A DNA stretch of 63,560 nt, filler included. It is 7 parts of 7 records of this genome, joined end to end, with 100 filler letters (N's around TTAATTAATTAA, not from the genome) between each part and the next. Parts side by side here need not be neighbours in the genome. Positions count along the whole stretch, not along the records: positions 57,114 to 63,560 come from DRR723986_18466; 6 more parts are not named here. One strand, 5' to 3'. Position numbers and translations under genes: made by a program. Position 1 is the first letter of the stretch. Every line of letters starts with the position of its first letter. This document shows, piece by piece, positions 58,476 to 63,560 of this stretch. Below the pieces are notes generated by a model. The model saw only the letters and a list, made by a program, of their open reading frames with translations, searched no databases and was not told the origin of the DNA.

Positions 58476-60074
58476 TCACGTTCCCTCTGGTGCGTATGAA
58501 AACCTGCTGAAATCGGCGGTCTTGCCTTGTCCGGTTATATCGAAGGCCAGCATGCCGACAAAGGCGCCGGTAAAGGAGCCGTGCTCACCGCGCCCGCCTT
58601 CATCCGAGATCACGCTGGCATCGAGATCCGGTCCGAAGGGCGTCCAGTCGCGGCCTTGCTGGCGCCAGAAGAATTGCTGACGGGCACCATCAACCTCAAC
58701 GGCAAGCTCGGCCGGTCCGCCGCCAAGAGCGACAGGGTCTGCCGGAAACGACATGCGTCCATCCGGCCAGTCGCCGGGGCAGGAAAGCAGCGTCAGGCAA
58801 CGGCCGAGCTGTTCTGTCCAGCTCACGGCCAGAAAATGGAACTTGTGCCGGTTGTAATAGGTCGTCAGTCCGGCCGCCTGCTGGTAGGTCGTTGGCGCAA
58901 AATCGGTGAGCGTGGTTTCCACGCGGTAGCCGAGGTGCTCCTGGCGCCGGGCAACCAGCGACTGCTCGTACCAGCTGCCGATGCTTTCCCGCCCGATGAG
59001 GCGCAGGGCCGATCCCGTCAGCGTGAACAGCCGCTCCGGATAAGGCGTGCGCAGCCACTGGAACTCCGGCGGCAGGATTTCCCCAGTGAAAACGCGCTCC
59101 ACGCGAAGAGGGGGGCGAGGTTCTGTCGCCGTCAGACCAGGCACCTCAACCTTCGGAACCATGCCGCCGTCTTCCAGGTAAAGCCAGCCATCGTCCCGCC
59201 AGACACATTTCTGGATCGCGGTCTCCCGTCCCAGAGGCGAGAACCGTCCGGGCAGCGGCCGTGAACACAGATGGGTGTGGTAGACGTCGCCATCCGGCGT
59301 TTCGACAATCTGGCCATGACCGGCCCGTTGCAGCGGCGCGTCCGGATCGTCCTTGGCGGTGATGAGGTGGGTTTGCGGGTGAAGCTCGTACGGCCCGTCG
59401 ATGGACCGTGACCGGGCCATGGTAACGGCGTGCCCGTAGCCGGTGCCACCTTCGGCAACTGTCAGGCAGTACCAGCCGCCGCGCTTGTGAAGATGCGGAC
59501 CTTCCGTCAGACCGTGCGGGCTTCCGGAAAAGATCTTGCGGATCTCGCCTTTCAGGCCTTCGGTTTCCGACCATTCCTGCAGCAGGATGCCGTCGAAGGC
59601 CGGATGGCGCGGATGCCCGCCGACGGAATTTGAAATGTGGTTCCATTGCAGGACCAGGAACCATTTGCGGCCATCGTCGTCATGAAACAGCGACGGATCG
59701 AACCCGTGTGAGCTGACGTAGATCGGGTCGCTCCACGGCCCCTCGATGGAAGGGGCCGTGACGATGTAGTTATGCGCGTCCTTGAAATTCCCATCCAGCC
59801 GTTTGACGTCCGTATAGACCAGCCAGAACCGTCCGTCCGCGTAGGAAAGACACGGTGCCCAGATGCCGCCGCTGTCCGGATTGCCGCGCATGTCGAGCTG
59901 GCTTGCCCGGCTGAGGGGCCGGCAGGCCAGATCCCAGTTGACCAGGTCTTTCGACCGGTGAATCTGGACGCCCGGATACCATTCGAAGGTCGAAGTGGCG
60001 ATGAAGTAGTCATCGCCCGCACGGCAGATCGAGGGATCCGGGTTGAACCCCGGCAGGATGGGATTTCGGATCAT
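58476..60074 (-). CDS. GH43 beta-xylosidase/arabinofuranosidase
   Basis: NPILPGFNPDPSI, WAP, GFDPSLF, EGPH; C-terminal beta-sandwich ending FTGAFVG. Confidence 0.93.
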   Translation of the reverse strand: MIRNPILPGFNPDPSICRAGDDYFIATSTFEWYPGVQIHRSKDLVNWDLACRPLSRASQLDMRGNPDSGGIWAPCLSYADGRFWLVYTDVKRLDGNFKDAHNYIVTAPSIEGPWSDPIYVSSHGFDPSLFHDDDGRKWFLVLQWNHISNSVGGHPRHPAFDGILLQEWSETEGLKGEIRKIFSGSPHGLTEGPHLHKRGGWYCLTVAEGGTGYGHAVTMARSRSIDGPYELHPQTHLITAKDDPDAPLQRAGHGQIVETPDGDVYHTHLCSRPLPGRFSPLGRETAIQKCVWRDDGWLYLEDGGMVPKVEVPGLTATEPRPPLRVERVFTGEILPPEFQWLRTPYPERLFTLTGSALRLIGRESIGSWYEQSLVARRQEHLGYRVETTLTDFAPTTYQQAAGLTTYYNRHKFHFLAVSWTEQLGRCLTLLSCPGDWPDGRMSFPADPVALGGGPAELAVEVDGARQQFFWRQQGRDWTPFGPDLDASVISDEGGRGEHGSFTGAFVGMLAFDITGQGKTADFSRFSYAPEGT

Positions 60075-61117
60075 TTCCGGCTGGGTCCTTTCCGTTCAGC
60101 CGAGGCCGCCCACAGGTTGATATCCGCCTCGCGGGTGGTTTCCTCGATCAGCTTCAGCTCCTCGTCGGAAAACTGGAGATTGGCGACTGCCCCGACGCAG
60201 TCCTTTACCTGGCTGCCCCGGCTCGCACCGATCAGGGCCGTTGTGACCCGGCCTTTGCGCAGCACCCAGGCAAGGGCCATCTGCGCCAGCGTCTGGCCGC
60301 GCTTTTCGGCAATGTCGTTGAGAGCCCGGATGGTGGCGAGGTTGTCTTCGCTCAGGAACTGGGTCTTCAGCGATTTGCCCTGGTTCGCCCGGCTGTCTTC
60401 CGGAATGCCCTTCAGATATTTGCTCGTCAGCATGCCCTGGGCCAGCGGCGAGAAGGCAATGGAACCGATGCCGAGGTCATCGAGCGTGTCCAGAAGACCG
60501 TCTTCCTCGACCCAGCGGTTGATCATGGAATAGCTCGGCTGATGGATCAGGCACGGTGTGCCCAGCTCCTTCAGGATGGCGGCGGCTTCCCGTGTCCGTT
60601 TGGAATTATAGGACGAGATGCCGACATAAAGCGCCCGTCCGGACCGCACGATGTGGTCGAGGGCCATCATGGTCTCTTCCAGCGGTGTGTCCGGGTCGAA
60701 GCGGTGCGAATAGAAGATATCGACATAGTCGAGCCCCATCCGCTTCAAGGACTGGTCGCAGGATGCGATCAGGTATTTGCGGCTGCCCCACTCGCCATAA
60801 GGCCCGGGCCACATCTCATAACCGGCCTTGGACGAAATGATCATCTCGTCCCGGTAAGGCGCAAAATCCGTCCGCAGCAGTTCACCGAAGGCGGTTTCCG
60901 CCGAACCCGGTTTGGGGCCGTAATTGTTGGCAAGATCGAAATGGGTGATGCCGAGATCGAAGGCGGTCCGGGCAATCTCCCGTTTCTTGTCGAGCGGCGT
61001 GTCGTCGCCGAAATTGTGCCAAAGGCCGAGCGAGATCACCGGCAGTTTCAGGCCGGATTTCCCGCATCGGCGGTATTCCATGGTGTCGTAGCGCGTTTCC
61101 GCGGCTGTCCAGGTCAT
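60071..61117 (-). CDS. Aldo/keto reductase (L-glyceraldehyde 3-phosphate reductase, YghZ/MgrA type)
   Basis: SLGLWHNFG, THFDLANNYGP, YSHR, IHQPSYS. Confidence 0.9.
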   Translation of the reverse strand: MTWTAAETRYDTMEYRRCGKSGLKLPVISLGLWHNFGDDTPLDKKREIARTAFDLGITHFDLANNYGPKPGSAETAFGELLRTDFAPYRDEMIISSKAGYEMWPGPYGEWGSRKYLIASCDQSLKRMGLDYVDIFYSHRFDPDTPLEETMMALDHIVRSGRALYVGISSYNSKRTREAAAILKELGTPCLIHQPSYSMINRWVEEDGLLDTLDDLGIGSIAFSPLAQGMLTSKYLKGIPEDSRANQGKSLKTQFLSEDNLATIRALNDIAEKRGQTLAQMALAWVLRKGRVTTALIGASRGSQVKDCVGAVANLQFSDEELKLIEETTREADINLWAASAERKGPSRK

Positions 61118-61128
61118 AGGCTATCCCG

Positions 61129-62250
61129 TTATATTAAAAGGCCTTTTGCCGCCTGCGGGTCCAGGGCTTCCGGGCGCTCGCAGGTGGTTTTGATGTCAAT
61201 GAAAGTCCCACTCTCGCCAGAAGCGAGAATCGACGTCATCACATCGACAACATGCAGAGCAAATTCCAAAGAGCAACGGTGCGGCCGATTTTCCAGGATG
61301 GCGAGGGCCATATCGGCCAGGCCTGCCGTTCGGTAATTGGCGTGGCCACGGTCGTTTGATTTGGAGAACGGATGGTTCCAAGCTTCCGACAGGGTCACAA
61401 AACTGCCCTTGTCCGTCATGCGCACTTCACCACCGAAGAAATTCGGATCCGGCACATGCAGCGTGCCGGAACGGCCGTAAAGCTCCATGTTTGAATGGCC
61501 ATGCTGCCACACGTCCCAGCTGGCGCAATAGGTGATCTGGGCGCCGGACTGGAACTGCATCACCGCGTGGATGGTCGTCGGTGTTTCCACCTTGATCTTT
61601 TCGCCGTTGCGCGGCTCGGAGGTGATGGTGCGATATTCAGATCCGGCGGAACTCATTGCACAGACCCGCTTCACCGGTCCAAGTAGCTGCACAAGGTTGG
61701 AAACGTAGTAAGGCCCGAGATCGAGGATCGGGCCACCGCCCGCCTGGAAGAAGAAGTCCGGGTTCGGGTGCCACATTTCCATGCCCGGGCTCTGTACGAA
61801 ACAGGTGCCTGACGTCACCTTGCCAATGGCGTCACTGTCGATCAGGTGCCGGGCAAGCTGGTGTGCTCCGCCCAGGAAGGTGTCGGGGGCCGACCCGACC
61901 CTGAGGCCTTTTTCCTTCGCAATCGCGGCAAGGGATTCGCCCTCTTCCAGGCTGAGCACGAACGGCTTTTCCGAATAGACATGCTTGCCGGCTTCCAGAA
62001 CGCGTCTGGAGACTTCGTAGTGCACTGCCGGAACCGTCAGGTTGACGATGATGTCGATATCGCTTGCCGCCAGCAGGCCGTCGACGGTTTCGGCTCTCAG
62101 GCCGAATTCCTCGGCGCGTGCTTTTGCGGCAGCTTCATTGATGTCGGCGCAGGCGCGCACCTCGATGCCCTTGAAGAGCGGAGAGAGGCGCATGTAGGCG
62201 GCCGAAATGTTTCCGCATCCGAGGATGCCGATGCCAAGTGTCTTGCTCAT
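61129..62250 (-). CDS. Gfo/Idh/MocA oxidoreductase
   Basis: GILGCGNIS, HVYSEKP, GGGPILDLGPY. Confidence 0.92.
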   Translation of the reverse strand: MSKTLGIGILGCGNISAAYMRLSPLFKGIEVRACADINEAAAKARAEEFGLRAETVDGLLAASDIDIIVNLTVPAVHYEVSRRVLEAGKHVYSEKPFVLSLEEGESLAAIAKEKGLRVGSAPDTFLGGAHQLARHLIDSDAIGKVTSGTCFVQSPGMEMWHPNPDFFFQAGGGPILDLGPYYVSNLVQLLGPVKRVCAMSSAGSEYRTITSEPRNGEKIKVETPTTIHAVMQFQSGAQITYCASWDVWQHGHSNMELYGRSGTLHVPDPNFFGGEVRMTDKGSFVTLSEAWNHPFSKSNDRGHANYRTAGLADMALAILENRPHRCSLEFALHVVDVMTSILASGESGTFIDIKTTCERPEALDPQAAKGLLI

Positions 62251-62259
62251 GGGGTTACC

Positions 62260-63006
62260 TCAGTAGGTGCGGAAGGCCGCAACGGAGCGGGTGGCGAAAC
62301 GGTCGAAGTCGGAAGGCTTGTCGTGTTCCATGACGAAGAGATCGACCCCGACGCCGCGAAGCGCCGACATGATGCCCTTCCAGTCCATGGTACCCTGGCC
62401 GACGTCCGCCCAGCCGTCCTCGTCGGTACATTCACCCTCTGGCGCGATGTCCTTCACGTGGGCTGTGGTGATGCGGCTGGCGTATTTCTCGATCCAGTCG
62501 AGCGGGTCCTGATTGCCGCGCACGATCCAGGCAATATCGGCTTCCCATTCGATGGAAGGGGCGGCCTCCATCAGAATGTCCATCGGCAGGCGGCCATCGG
62601 CGCAGGCATTGAATTCGAAATCGTGGTTATGCCAACCGAACCGCAGGCCGGCATCGCGGATCTTTTGACCGATGGCTTCCAGCCGCTCGGCGATGGACTG
62701 CCACATGGCCGCATCCGGAATGCGTTGCTCGGGCGGCACGGCGGGAACGAAGATCCGCTCCATGCCAAGGGTCTGGGCAGTGCTGATCACCTTGGCGAGG
62801 TCGTCTTCGAACTGCTCCATCGGAAAGAAATGGCCCGACGGCATCTTGAGACCCTGGGCGTCGAGCATGTCGCGAAAGGCCGCCGGGTTCTCGTAGTTTC
62901 CGCCGAACCCCTCGACCTGGGTATAGCCGAGGTCCGCAAGCCGCTTGAGAACGCCGTCCCATGGGGTGAATTCGCGGGCTGAATAGAGCTGGAAAGAAAT
63001 ATCCAT
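62260..63006 (-). CDS. Sugar phosphate isomerase/epimerase family TIM barrel
   Basis: Real start MDISFQLYSAR; WHNHDFEF, EADIAW, HVKD, VGQG, MEHD. Confidence 0.88.
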   Translation of the reverse strand: MDISFQLYSAREFTPWDGVLKRLADLGYTQVEGFGGNYENPAAFRDMLDAQGLKMPSGHFFPMEQFEDDLAKVISTAQTLGMERIFVPAVPPEQRIPDAAMWQSIAERLEAIGQKIRDAGLRFGWHNHDFEFNACADGRLPMDILMEAAPSIEWEADIAWIVRGNQDPLDWIEKYASRITTAHVKDIAPEGECTDEDGWADVGQGTMDWKGIMSALRGVGVDLFVMEHDKPSDFDRFATRSVAAFRTY

Positions 63007-63037
63007 CTTGATTGTCCTGAAGTGGTTAAGGACCGGC

Positions 63038-63560
63038 CTAGAGCCGGGATTCCGAGGTTTTGTCGAAAAGATTGGCGCGGGCGGGATCGAACCCGACCGT
63101 GATTGCGTCGCCGTGCCGGATGTTCGCCTGGCCGTCCATGCGCACCCACAGCGTCTGGTCGCCGGTGGTGAAGCGGACAAGTGTGTCCGAACCGAGCGGC
63201 TCCACCAGTTCCACCTGCCCGTCCAACCGAACGAGCGCGGTGTCTGCTTCCGCGCCGCTGACCATGTGTTCCGGACGGATGCCGAACCAGGCTGCGCCTG
63301 CTGCAGGTGGGCCGTTCTGGAAGGTGTATCCGTCAAGCGAGAAGGTCTTTCCGCCTGATGTGAACCGGTAGTTTCCGCCGGCTTCTTCCAGCTCTCCTTC
63401 AAAGAAATTCATGGTCGGCGAACCGATGAACTCGGCCACATACTTGTTGGCCGGCCGGTTGTAGATCTCGTTGGGCGAGGCCAGCTGCAGGATCTGGCCA
63501 CCACGCATGATGGCAATCCGGTCGGCCAGCGTCATGGCCTCGATCTGGTCGTGGGTGACG
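63038..63560 (-). CDS. Sugar ABC transporter ATP-binding protein (MalK-like), 5'-truncated
   Basis: VTHDQIEAMTLADRIA, FIGSPTMN, GIRPEH, VEPLGSDT. Confidence 0.92.
   Translation of the reverse strand, partial: VTHDQIEAMTLADRIAIMRGGQILQLASPNEIYNRPANKYVAEFIGSPTMNFFEGELEEAGGNYRFTSGGKTFSLDGYTFQNGPPAAGAAWFGIRPEHMVSGAEADTALVRLDGQVELVEPLGSDTLVRFTTGDQTLWVRMDGQANIRHGDAITVGFDPARANLFDKTSESRL

Noticed and set aside
57577-62982. Long antisense ORFs (57577..58383, 58527..59264, 59772..60533, 60542..61336, 61846..62982)
   Set aside because: Shadow ORFs of high-GC genes on the opposite strand with no motifs
63007-63402. N-terminal extension of ORF 62260..63402
   Set aside because: Overlaps the ABC ATPase in another frame; the true start is MDISF at 63006

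Overview
The window is not one genomic locus. It is seven unrelated contigs joined by 100-bp artificial linkers (N44-TTAATTAATTAA-N44) at 21053-21152, 28151-28250, 35757-35856, 42593-42692, 48760-48859 and 57014-57113, so context must not be read across linkers. Taxonomic calls are inferred from gene content and composition. Contig 1 (1-21052, planctomycete-like) has two paralogous histidine kinases around a four-gene minor-pilin cluster, two PEP-CTERM genes with REP-type repeats, an ECF sigma/Ser-Thr kinase pair, glmM and a P-loop ATPase. Contig 2 (21153-28150, Bacteroidota) has a GNAT, wza-wzc, kdsB and a partial GAF/PAS sensor. Contig 3 (28251-35756, Roseobacter-like) has the acnB 3' end and a DHPS/sulfolactate operon, hpsMNOP-usp-comDE-slcD. 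Contig 4 (35857-42592, planctomycete-like) has a TIM-barrel isomerase, a methyltransferase, an SPFH fusion, Lrp and a kinase/PP2C pair. Contig 5 (42693-48759, unassigned) has an alpha/beta hydrolase, a secreted orphan, a hairpin-rich 820-bp non-coding tract and a 974-aa trypsin-protease/EEP/endonuclease-I triple fusion, which is the best candidate for a new system. Contig 6 (48860-57013, Bacteroidota) has housekeeping genes, a sulfatase and a decayed REP-flanked Y1 transposase. Contig 7 (57114-63560, Roseibium-like alphaproteobacterium) is a glycoside uptake/catabolism operon. I recognised no rRNA, tRNA or CRISPR array.
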